Origin: Octopus sinensis
Lineage: Eukaryota
Direction of reading: 5' to 3'
Length of the DNA: 64,000 nucleotides
Assembly: GCF_006345805.1 (NCBI RefSeq)
Contig: NC_043007.1
Location: forward strand, 2,232,001-2,296,000
Under the pieces are notes generated by a model. It was given only the letters and a program-made list of their open reading frames with translations, did no database searches and was not told the origin of the DNA. Shown here one piece after another: positions 1-11,483 of this stretch. The stretch's first letter is position 1; each line of letters begins with the position of its first letter. The position numbers and the translations under genes are program-made.

Positions 1-94
1 AGAAGACACATGCCAAGTTACCACACAGTGGGACTGAACTGAGGTCCATGTGTTTTGGAACCAAGTTTGTTACCACACAGCCACAACTGCATCT
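1..94 (-). mobile_element. Decayed 5' (tRNA-like) head of SINE family A, cut by window edge
   Basis: Diverged match to AGAAGACACTTGCCCAAGG..GTGGGACTGAACC..TTACCACACAGCCAC seen in full copies. Confidence 0.6.
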
Positions 95-255
95 ATGTAT
101 GTGTGTGTGTGGGGTGGATTGGTGTATGTATGTATGCATGTATATATGTGTACATATTACATGTACATCTATATATACATCTATACATACATGTATATCT
201 ATAGAAATACATGTATACATATACATGTATATATATACATGTATATATATGTATA

Positions 256-293
<38 letters not shown>

Positions 294-296
<3 letters not shown>

Positions 297-708
297 TCTT
301 TTACTCTTTTTTTTTACTCTTTTACTTGTTTCAGTCATTTGACTGCGGCCATGCTGGAGCATCACATTTAGTCGAGCAAATCGACCCCAGGACTTATTCT
401 TTGTAAGCCCAGTACTTATTCTATCGGTCTCTTTTGCCGAACCGCTAAGTTACGGGGACGTAAACACACCAGCATCGGTTGTCAAGCAATGCTAGGGGGA
501 CAAACACAGACACACAAACATACACACACACATATATATATATACACATACATATATACGACGGGCTTCTTTCAGTTTCCGTCTACCAAATCCACTCAAG
601 GCTTTGGTTGGCCCGAGGCTATAGTAGAAGACATTTGCCCAAGATGCCATGTGAACCCGGAACCATTCGGTTGGTAAGCAAGCTACTTACCACACAGCCA
701 CTCCTGCG

Positions 709-711
<3 letters not shown>
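294..711 (-). mobile_element. tRNA-derived SINE family A, full length
   Basis: Minus strand: GCAGGAGTGGCTGTGTGGTAAG (A box), GGTTCCGGGTTCA (B-box-like), internal (TA/CA)n, 3' module ending (GAGTAAAA)n; shared by ~10 copies in window. Confidence 0.9.
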
Positions 712-752
<41 letters not shown>

Positions 753-800
753 CATACAATAGAGAGATGCTTTTGTTTCCCTTTTAACACGTAATACTGA

Positions 801-1146
801 ATAGTGGAAAAGATGTGATATTGCTGTGGGCTCGCCCTAGGCAAGAATTTAAACATTTCTTTTGCCCAAGACACTACATGGACCCTAAGTAAGGCATGTG
901 TAAAATTTGAATGAAATTGGTTGTGTAGTTCTCAAGTTTTAGGAATTTATAGTGGAGAAGATATGATATTGCTATGGGCTCGCCCTAGACAAGCAGCTAA
1001 AACTTTTTTGTCCATGAAACTACATGGACCCTAAGTAAGGCACGTGTAAAATTTGAATGAAATTGGTTGTGTAGTTCTCAAGTTTTAGGGATTCACACAG
1101 ACAGACAGATAGACACACATTCTCAGTTTTATATATATATATAGAT
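801..1146 (-). mobile_element. Probable non-autonomous Helitron with internal 148-bp tandem duplication
   Basis: Minus strand begins A|TCTATATATATATATAAAACTG (Helitron-type 5' TC), (CTGT)n tract, GGGCGAGCCC hairpin near 3' end, 3' end CTAT (expected CTRR); units at 803 and 951. Confidence 0.5.
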
Positions 1147-1736
1147 TCCCAAACCAATATATCGAAAGGAAATCAATCTGACTCATTCAATTTTTGTTAC
1201 GTCTCATTAGGTTTTCACGCACTGTTTCTGAAGCAGATTGTCATTAAATTTCTAAATGTTGAACAGAATTGTTAACATTTTCTTGCTTACGTTTTCTTTA
1301 TTTTGGTATTCATAATATGATATGATATCAGTCTGCAAGTTAGCCGACGTTTATGATATAAACACAAAAACAAAAAGATATCTTGTCTCGACGTTTATTG
1401 TGGCGGAGCAAAATGTCCAAATATATTTCTAATCGTAGAATATCAATAAAAGTTAAACAAATAAGACTTGCATAACAAATATTAATTCTTAGTGGAAAAA
1501 AAAGATTAACGAATTTATGCTGAAATATATTTTGGAGTTATTCAACTCCAAGTGTGTTTTTGAACAATTATTGTTTTGTATAAGAACATGCTTGAGAACG
1601 AATTATGTTATATCGGTAAATGGCACCGATATTACAGTTGTTGCTGAAATATTTTAACGACTAAGTTTGGAGAGATATGTTTAAATTCATAGAAAGTTTT
1701 AGCAACTACAGAAATTAGAATGAGATATAATGAGAG

Positions 1737-2110
1737 TTACTTTACTCATTTACTTGTTTCAGTCATTTGACTGCGGCTATGCTGGAGCACCGCCTTTAGT
1801 CGAGGAAATCGACCCCAGGACTTATTCTTTGTAAGCTTAGTACTTATTCTATCGGTCTCTTTTGCCGAACCGCTAAGTTACGGGGACGTAAACACACCAG
1901 CATCGGTTGTCAAGCGATGTTGGGGGAGGGGATAAATTCACAAACATACACACATATATATATACATATATACGACGGGCTTCTTTCAGTTTCCGTCTAC
2001 CAAATCCACTCACAAGGCTTTGGTCGGCCTGAGGCTAAAGTAGAAGACACCTGCCCAAGGTGGGACTGAACCCGGAACAATGTGGTTGGTTAGCAAGCAC
2101 TTACCACACA
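1737..2110 (-). mobile_element. SINE family A
   Basis: Colinear with 294-711; lacks TGCCACGCAG in head. Confidence 0.9.
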
Positions 2111-2111
2111 C

Positions 2112-2434
2112 TTACCCGGGACTTATTCTTTGTAAGCCTAGTTCTTGTTCTATCGGTCTCTTTTGCCGAACCGCTAAGTTACGGGGATGTAAATACACCA
2201 GCATCGGTTGTCAAGTGATGTTGGCTGGACAAACACAGTCACACAAGCACACACACTCATATATATGCATATACATATATACGACGGGCTTCTCTCAGTT
2301 TCCGTCTACCAAATCCACTCATAAAGCTTTGGTCGGCCCGAGGCTATAGTAGAAGACACCTGCCCAAGGTGGGACTGAACCCGGAAGCATGTGGTTGGTT
2401 AGCAAGCACTTACCACACAGCCGCTCCTGCGTCT
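2112..2434 (-). mobile_element. SINE family A, 3'-truncated, tandem to previous copy
   Basis: Starts at CCCGGGACTTATTC; same 10-nt head deletion as neighbour. Confidence 0.88.
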
Positions 2435-3233
2435 AACACATATAGACAATCAAATATAATTTTCTAAAGACCACATATTATATTAGACCATAAGAAACGC
2501 AGTACGTTATCATGATAATTGTGCTTATCCCTTAAAAATTCCAATCAAATAGGACATTCGATTCGATAGTAGCTGTCATGTTTTATCTTTGAGAGAGAAA
2601 CTGTACTGGAGCCCTTCCATCTTCTTCCACAGAATGACGACTCCCTAAAAGTGCTTCCCTGTCACTGAGCTTCAAATTGGTGTTCATGTTTAGGATATTG
2701 AACTTACCAAACATGTACAATTTCACCAAGCTGGAGCATCCAACCCCCTGGAAATCCCACCTACCACCACATTGTCTCATAATAACGACTCTATGACTTG
2801 GCGCATAACGGGTTTCAGGCTATCGAGAAATTCCTGGTTTGGTTCACAGCTTATTCGGGGTCTAAAACGGTATCCCACACAATTTAGTCATCATACGACC
2901 TTTAATTCCAGACAACATCGTGAACCTGTGCAACTCGGGTATTAGGCTAGTATAAATATAAGTACAGGTGTGCGTGTGTGCTTATGTGCGTATTTGTGTG
3001 AGCGTATATGTTATATGTGTCATATGCGTGTATGAGAGTGTGTATACCTATCGGTGTATGTACGTGTGTGTCGTATGATGTATGTGTGCGTTTGTGCGTG
3101 GTTGTGTGTGCATTTCTGTGTATGCATGAGTATGGGAAAGAAAGTAAGAGATAATGTGTGTGCATCTGTATGTTGAATGTATACTCAGGTATAGGCTTCG
3201 CATGCATGAACGTTCGCGTGTCATGTTATGTAT

Positions 3234-3466
3234 TACTCTTTACTCTTTTACTCTTTTACTTGTTTCAGTCAGTTGACTGCGGCCATGCTGGAGCACCGCC
3301 TTTAGTCGAGCAACTCGACCCCGGGACTTATTCTTTGTAAGCCCAGTACTTATTCTATCGGTCTCTTTTGCCGAACCGCTAAGTGACGGGGACATAAACA
3401 CACCAGCGTCTGTTGTCAAGCGATGTTGGGGGGACAAACACAGACTCACAAACATATACACACACA

Positions 3467-3521
<55 letters not shown>

Positions 3522-3683
3522 CGACGGGCTTCTTTCAGTTTCCGTCTATCAAATCCACTCACAAGGCTTTGGTTGGCCCGAGGCTATAGCAGAAGATACT
3601 TGCCCAAGGTGCCATGTAGTGGAATTGAACTCGGAACCATGTAGTTCGTAAGCAAGCTACTTACCACACAGCCACTCCTACGC

Positions 3684-3685
<2 letters not shown>
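3234..3685 (-). mobile_element. SINE family A, full length
   Basis: Colinear with other A copies; expanded internal (TA)n. Confidence 0.9.
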
Positions 3686-3718
<33 letters not shown>

Positions 3719-4681
3719 TATATATATATATATATATACGTGAATGTGTGTATGTATGTATGTGTGTGTGAAAGAGGGAGAGAGAGAGAGAATATGTGAT
3801 GCCATCAGCTCTATTAAGTTCTTGCTACATTACTTATAATTTCCGCCATCTAAATGTGGATGAAAACTTTAACATGCCGTCGCCAACATGCTGCGTACAT
3901 TCCTATCTCTCTCTATGGATCCGACATCATAATTTGACCATAACTTGGGTACCAACACAGTCTGGTAACTCAAAACATAGAGTGGAACAAATACCACGCA
4001 ACATTTAGTCCTATATACTAAAATACCTGCCACTTCGCCCCGCCATAATTTACAGTACATGTGAGTGTATTCCTGTACCTAAACGAGCGTGCGTCTGTGT
4101 ATATGTCTATATAGAGAGATATAAGTGTTCATTGGTTCCGTTCCTGATTTTGTTTCTACATAGGGTTCCAAATAATGCAGAATTTTAATGAAATTTTACA
4201 GAAATATATTTTCAAAGCTGTTACGATTATTTTGATGAACGGTTTATACTTAACTTTATCTTATTCAGAACGAAATAACTTTCATATCTTTTTTTTTTTA
4301 AACTATTCAAAAACTTACTCATGGTTATTGCACAACATAATGATGTCAGATGTGAGGTTCAATACACAACATAGGTTATCTAATCTTCTTTCTATATTAA
4401 AGTAGGTTAAACGTAAAACTCGAAAAGTCTTTTTTTATACCATGCTTTCAAGATTATGTTAAGAATGAATAAGATCATTCAAGATAATGTCAGATCTATA
4501 TTTTTTTCATACAGTACAACGATGATGAACGAGCCAGTGAATGGCTAAACAGGCATGGATTTGTTTTGTTTTGTTTTGTTTTATTAATATAATTTTTTTT
4601 ATATAGCAAAAAAAAATTTGAAATTTCATGAAAATATTCGGAATTTACACCATCAGAAACCTATCGCTGCAGAATCTCATT

Positions 4682-5090
4682 GAAAATATGCATTATTAAA
4701 AATGTAATGAAGAAACTAAGGAGAGGGTGGGTAATAAACTTCAATTATGCATATCTATATCAATGTGGGATTGCGCGTATACTATTTTATATATATATAC
4801 TTTTAAATTTCATTAACTTAATCGCAATCTACACCTTTAGAAATCTATCTCTGAAAAATTTCATAGAAAATATGCATTATTAAAAATGTAATGAAGAAAC
4901 TAAGGAGAGGGTGGGTAATAAACTTCAATTATGCATATCTATATCAATGTGGGATTGCGCGTATACTATTTTATATATATATACTTTTAAATTTCATTAA
5001 CTTAATCGCAATCTACACCTTTAGAAATCTATCTCTGAAAAATTTCATAGAAAATATGCATTATTAAGAAAGTTATGAAAAAACTAAGAC
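4682..5090. repeat. 184-bp exact tandem duplication plus diverged partial third unit
   Basis: GAAAATATGCATTATTAA at 4682, 4866, 5050. Confidence 0.9.
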
Positions 5091-5541
5091 GGTGAGGGAA
5101 TGTCTCTAAAGCTTTAGACATGAATATATAAATATATATATGTGTAATGTTATATATGACTGTATGTAAGTATGTATGTATGTATGTATCTATCTATCTA
5201 TGTATGCATGTATGTATGTACGCCTGCATGCAGATATGTGTGTATGTATGAAATAGCTATTACGTCCATATATCTATATGTGTGAGTGGGTATATATATA
5301 TGTATATATATATATGAATATTTATGCCTTTATGTATATGTACCCGTGTGTGTATGCATGTTCACACACATACACTCTCTCTCTCACACACAAACACACA
5401 CTCACTCCCACACTCACCAACTGTCTCAATCACTCATACATGTGCATAGGCACACATATATAATGCTAGTTAGTCGACGACGCAAATTTCTTCGAAATTC
5501 CTCTATGTACCTTGACTGCTCTCCTTTTCGCGCTCTCTAAA

Positions 5542-5745
5542 ATATTTATTATGGTAGTTTTGACTTTAAGCGTCTCTCCTAGCGTGAGGCATTTACGTAG
5601 AGTAATGCCCCCCCCCCCCAGTCGGCCATACGACGCGATCTGTGTGCTTATATGTCGAAAATATAAGGACACAGATCGTGTCGTACAGCCAGCTGGGAAC
5701 GATGTCTCCTGGGGCTAAATTACAGCAACATTCGTCCTAAACCAG
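5542..5745. mobile_element. Deleted composite copy of the two palindromic elements at 6238 and 6647
   Basis: 5542-5610 matches 6303-6370; 5620-5745 matches centre and right arm of 6647-6884. Confidence 0.7.
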
Positions 5746-5816
5746 TATATATATATATATATATATATACATATACACACATATATATGTGCATATATAT
5801 ATAGTTTTTTCAATTA

Positions 5817-5874
<58 letters not shown>

Positions 5875-6237
5875 TGTATATGTATGTATATACACACACA
5901 CATATATACATGGTGAATTAGCAGAGTTTCAACTTGCGTATACGAGAGAGAGAAGGTAGTTGGGGAGGGACGGTGGTAGGGTGAAAGGACGAAAGAACGA
6001 AGGAAAATGAATGAAAACAGTTTTGCTGATGGAATTATATTTGTATTGTTTCCGTTAAGTAAGCTTATGTTTATGTGTATTTGCAGGAGTTCTATATACA
6101 TATATGCTTGCATGCATATATATATATTTACAATTGAAAAATAAGATAAAATCTTGATAAGAATTTATCAAGTAGTTAGCGTGAAAAACCTCATAAGGGA
6201 AAAATCCATCAATTATTCCTCTTAAATATATTTACTT

Positions 6238-6378
6238 ATATTAAGGGCATTATTATACATAAATGCTTCATGCTAGGAGGGACTCGTAAAGTCATAAGTA
6301 ACATATTTATTATGGTAGTTTTGACTTTAAGAGTCCCTCCTGGCGTGAGGCAATTATGTATAGTAATACCCTTAATAT
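6238..6378. repeat. Imperfect inverted repeat (57-bp arms), MITE/foldback-like
   Basis: 6238-6294 is reverse complement of 6322-6378 with scattered mismatches; 27-nt spacer. Confidence 0.8.
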
Positions 6379-6381
6379 TAG

Positions 6382-6413
<32 letters not shown>

Positions 6414-6416
6414 TAT

Positions 6417-6449
<33 letters not shown>

Positions 6450-6646
6450 GCTTGCACGCTCACACTCACATTTATTTTATGCACGTATTGTCAATCCAGC
6501 AGACCGAGTTCATTGCTTTCGTACCGTAGCTTCTTTCTTTCTTTCTTTCTTTCATTTATTCTTTCCTTTTTTTCTTTTATTTTTCTATCTCTTTTTCCCT
6601 CGTACTGTACGCACAGTAATATTTTTCACTTAAAATTTTCTAGAAT

Positions 6647-6884
6647 AAAGATTGTTTGCCAACATAACATAGCAGTCCTGTTTTAGGACGAATGTTGCTG
6701 TCATTTAGCTCCAGGAGACATCGTCTCCAGCTGGCTATACGACACGATGTCTCCTTATATATTCGAAAATATAAGGACACAGATCGGGTCGAATAGCCAG
6801 CTGGAGACGATGTCTCCTGGGGCTAAATTACAGCAACATTCGTCCTAAACCAGGACTGCCATGTTATGTTGGCAAACAGTCTTT
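6647..6884. mobile_element. ~240-bp near-perfect palindrome, MITE/foldback-like
   Basis: Arms of ~118-120 bp centred on TTCGAA at 6762-6767; partial related copies at 5620-5745 and ~34975-35010. Confidence 0.75.
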
Positions 6885-7131
6885 ACTCCAAAGAATTGTT
6901 GCTGAATATCTCTGATTGAGAGATTTAAAAATAGTAATTTAAAAAGATTTCTGTCTCGCAATCTATGATTGATATGTGTGTGTTTGCGCACGCACACCTG
7001 TCGTCTACATATGTATGTATGTATGCATGTATGTCTGTGCGTGTGACTGTGTGAGTGTATGTGTGTTTTCGCAGCTTTGTTTTCTTCCTACTTTGAGTAT
7101 TACCTTCTACTTTATTGTCTACTGTTGTAAG

Positions 7132-7230
7132 CGACGATGAAGAAACGTTTAATTTCACCGTTGATAAAGCAAAGACAACTTCGCCTGGTTCTGAGGGTTT
7201 TTGGATGCCAAAACGCTGGAAATGTTTCAG
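7132..7230 (+). CDS. Candidate internal coding exon, product unknown (DDEETFNFTVDKAKTTSPGSEGFWMPKRWKCF)
   Basis: Pyrimidine-rich tract + TAAG acceptor, CAG|GTAATT donor, 99 nt phase 2-2, frame open only between splice sites. Confidence 0.35.
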
Positions 7231-7326
7231 GTAATTGAGCTTAAGTACTTTAGTTAAAACTTTTCATCTTCAAAATTTTCGGCTACAATTAAACGGTATT
7301 TAAATTCTAGTCTTATAAAGAAATAC

Positions 7327-7358
7327 GTGTATGCGTGCATGGGGATATATGTATGCAC

Positions 7359-7408
<50 letters not shown>

Positions 7409-7668
7409 TCATACCTACCTACTTACCTACATACATACATACATACATAATACATATATACATACATATATATATACATATATATATATACATATATATA
7501 TACATATATATATATATATACACATATATATATATATACATATATATATACACACACACATATATATATATATACTATATATATACATATATATACATAC
7601 ATATATATATATATATACATATATATTCATATATATATATACATATATTTACATATATATATATATGC

Positions 7669-7704
<36 letters not shown>

Positions 7705-7760
7705 GCTTGTATATATGAGTACAGATATATAAAAGTATATATATGTAGGTATGTGTATCT
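7327..7760. repeat. Compound (TA)n/(TACA)n microsatellite
   Basis: Direct reading. Confidence 0.95.
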
Positions 7761-8568
7761 ATATATGTGTGTATGTGTGTTTATGTGCGTAATAATGTCT
7801 AAAATACGTAGACAAGTACTGTTTAAAATAATAAAGTCTAACGAGACGTTTGTAGTAAAATGGAAGTTGGACATAGACCTTCAGGAAACTGTCACTTATT
7901 CAACCCGATGTCTTGCACAAAGAAACACACGTAATGTATAAATATTCAAGCTTAGTATCATAGTTATTATAAAAGTGAAAACTATTTTAAATGCTGCGAA
8001 ACTTTGAATGATAATAGAAATAACCACAGCAACAGTAACAACAACAACGACAACAACAACAATAACAACAATAATCGTAATGCAACGAAACAAACGTAAA
8101 CAAATTAGTTAAGTTGTCAGGCAAAGAAACAAATTGCGGTATTTTGAACGCAAAACCTTTGACAAGATAAAGAAGAAAATATCAACACGTTATGTAAAAA
8201 TAAAAATTTGCATGCGTTATTGGGTGAGCATATTAAATCTAGAAACTCTATAAAAACAAACTGCCTGTTCGTGCCAAATAAACGAACTGATAACTCGAAT
8301 AAATCAACTTCCAAATATTATATGTTTCGTAGCATAAATCAGTCTCGATTCAATTAAAATTCTGAGACTCAGGACTTTTCTTATACTGAACTGTACGCAG
8401 ACAGTTCAATGTCTGCATTAGGTTAGTATAACCTGCACATACTAACTTCTAGTAACTTCAAGCATACAATTTTCTGAAGACATTCTTTGTAACCTTAGTA
8501 TTTAATATTCTCTGAAATATACCCACATAACGTTTTGAAAGAGGGAGACCAATTAAATTAGCAAGAAC

Positions 8569-8599
<31 letters not shown>

Positions 8600-8612
8600 T
8601 AATAATAATAAT

Positions 8613-9045
8613 AATGTATCTGTCAAGACCTACCAAAAACTGAGCAAGTATAAAGATATTGAAATAGAAATTGGCAAAAAGTGGAATCTGAAGACTAAAA
8701 CAATACCTGTTGTCATAGGTGCCCTAGGAATGATAGAAAAAGGGGCTGATTGCTACCTAGCTCAGATACCAGGAAACCCCAAAATGGCAGAAATTCAAAA
8801 GATAGCGCTCATGGTAACTGTCCATATCCTACGTAAAATACTGTCTATGTAATCTCAAATTTTAAAACAAGCACATAATTTTCTTAAATGTTTTCTTAAT
8901 CACTTTCTAGAAGAATACTATGTGCAAATCGAAATATGTGGCACTCTAGGCATAACACCAACTTGAACTTCTAACTATTTGTCTCTTGAGGTCTCTGGGT
9001 GAGACTTGGACTCAACTTGTACAAATACAAAGTAAAAGCTATAAT

Positions 9046-9046
<1 letters not shown>
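8613..9046 (+). mobile_element. R4/Dong-type non-LTR retrotransposon 3' fragment (subfamily 2)
   Basis: 8613-8852 translates NVSVKTYQKLSKYKDIEIEIGKKWNLKTKTIPVVIGALG...IQKIALMVTVHILRKILSM* (RLE C-terminus); ~195-nt 3'UTR; (TAA)n on both sides. Confidence 0.85.
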
Positions 9047-9097
<51 letters not shown>

Positions 9098-10236
9098 TAA
9101 TAATAATAATGATAATAATAATAATGATGATAATAATAATAATAATAGCAAAAAAAGAAGAGTGCCATTGTTATCAAGTGAACGATATTTCGACATCTCG
9201 TGTGTCTTCCACAGGTAAGATCTTCTCCCTCTCCCCAGCAATTTTGAAGGCTCAGGAAAAAAGTTGTGGTCACTGTACGTTCACATGACGAATTGATCAA
9301 AAAATATTAAAATTGTTTATGATTTCGAACGACTTTGAATAGATGCTATTTAATTTTTATAAAATAGTCTTATTGAAAAATAATAAATAAAACAAGAAAA
9401 GTTATTGACAATTTAACAATCGGTCAATAGTACAATGTTGTTTATTATGTTATTTCTTATTGACCACTCTAGTACTCAACAGAAAATAACGAGCTGTATA
9501 AAATTAACAGTTGCATGCAGTTGCAAACGGTACAGAAGGACGATAATTAGGGTATCAGTGACTCTTAAAATCGATGTCCTTTTCCTTTTTCTTTTAACCA
9601 TAGTTTTGATCAGTAATCAATTTTGCAAAGACACTTTACGCGGAGATCATGTGCGCTTATGAAGTAGCAGGTAGATAAAAAAAAAGCGAAGTTAACCAAC
9701 TGCGAGAAAGTGACAGCTGCAACGACCGGATCTTGACAAAGATGACACTTAGAGAGCAAAAGCAAGAGAAAGGAAGGATAGATAGATCGATAGATACTAG
9801 ACCACGACAATCTTGTCTGAGATACACTAATATTTTTTTAAAACTTTTATTAACGTTAATATTACTACGATTTAATCTGGTACTACCAACGATAATCATA
9901 TGATATAATCATATACCTCACAGGCGACAACAAAACACACAGACAGTTAGACGATACAAAAAAGGACAGGAAAAAAAAGGACGGGTTGTTCGGAGCTTCC
10001 TATCCTCAGACGAGTTCCAGATCATCTTTGCAGTTTCGGCCGGTTATAACCATATATGTGCATGTGTGAGTTTGTGTGTGTGTGTGTGTGTTTCTTTGTG
10101 TGTGTTTGTGTGTGTGTTCTCGGAAGAAGTGAAATATTACTTTAAGGCATAAATAAGTTTACTCGATGAAACTTGACATGGAGTAAACAACACCAGTAGT
10201 TACACTATCATCATCGTCAGCAGCAGCAGCAGCAAT

Positions 10237-10627
10237 GGAGGCACAATGGCCCAGTGGATAGGGTAGCGGACTCGCGGTCGGAGGATCGCGGTTTCGATTC
10301 CCAGACCGGGCGTTGTGTGTGTTTATTGAGCGAAAACACCTAAAGCTCCACGAGGCTCCGGCAGGGGAGGGTGGCGGTGACCCCTGTCGTACTCTTTCGC
10401 TCCAACTTTCTTTCACTCTTTTTTCCTGTTTCTTGTCCACAGCTTCCTACGGAACTGCTGAGCCTGGATGCACATTCATCCATCCGTCGATGCTCTCGAT
10501 GTCGGGGGTTGACCTGCTCTCTCTTCTGCGGGTCTTACGAATAGCAAAGGACCACGTTTCGGACTTCTCCCACAAGAGACGAAGACCGCTTCGCTCAACA
10601 AACAAACAAACAAACAAACAAACCAAC
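10237..10627 (+). mobile_element. tRNA-derived SINE (family H), inserted in a (CAG)n tract
   Basis: TGGCCCAGTGG A box, GGTTTCGATTCCC B box, (CAAA)n tail; head/body shared with 34210-34460. Confidence 0.8.
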
Positions 10628-10633
10628 GAAGCA

Positions 10634-10709
<76 letters not shown>

Positions 10710-11118
10710 CAAGCATCATATATCTATATATTCGATACGTCATTCTTTAATATACCAACCGAGCAACCATGATATACATCATTCAAACTATAAACATCCT
10801 TTCTTTCATATCTTTTCATCTTTATGTTTGTCTTGAAGACGTTTAAGTCATCATTTGAGGGAGACTTAACTGCTATTTCTGGGACATAATACATCCACAT
10901 ATTTTTCAGTAATGTTGTTTGTTACAATACGTTATTGATATATTGTTGGCAATTTTTAATTCCTTCGGAAATTCCGTATATTTGAACGAATTTACTGTTT
11001 TAATTTCGAATATTACATTTCGCTTTATAATATCGAAGGGCCAGGCCCAGAGTTAATTTACTCAGAAAGAAATTGCGATACATACATACATACATACATA
11101 CATACATACATACATACA

Positions 11119-11152
<34 letters not shown>

Positions 11153-11483
11153 CATACATACATACACACACGCACACACACACACATATAAATGTATATA
11201 TATATATATAAATTTATACATATGTGTGTATGTATGTATATATATATATAAAGTTAATCCAAACAAGAAAACAAAAAGACAACAACACGAGGATGTGGAA
11301 CAAATAAAGTATTATTGGACGCTCAGGAAAGAAGGGAAGAAGGAGCTCTTCGTCGGAAACATAGGATATATATATATATATATAAATGTATACATATGTG
11401 TGTATGTATGTATATATATATGTATGTATATAGCGATATATATATAAATCACCTAGAGTAAAGATATCTATATTTATATATAT

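Noticed and set aside
2640-2830. YAP and NVVVGG(D)F words suggesting an AP-endonuclease remnant (minus)
   Set aside because: Spacing wrong, needs frameshifts; cannot be supported without a search.
3860-4008. ITWVPTQSGN resembling an RNase H motif
   Set aside because: Catalytic residues and other motifs absent.
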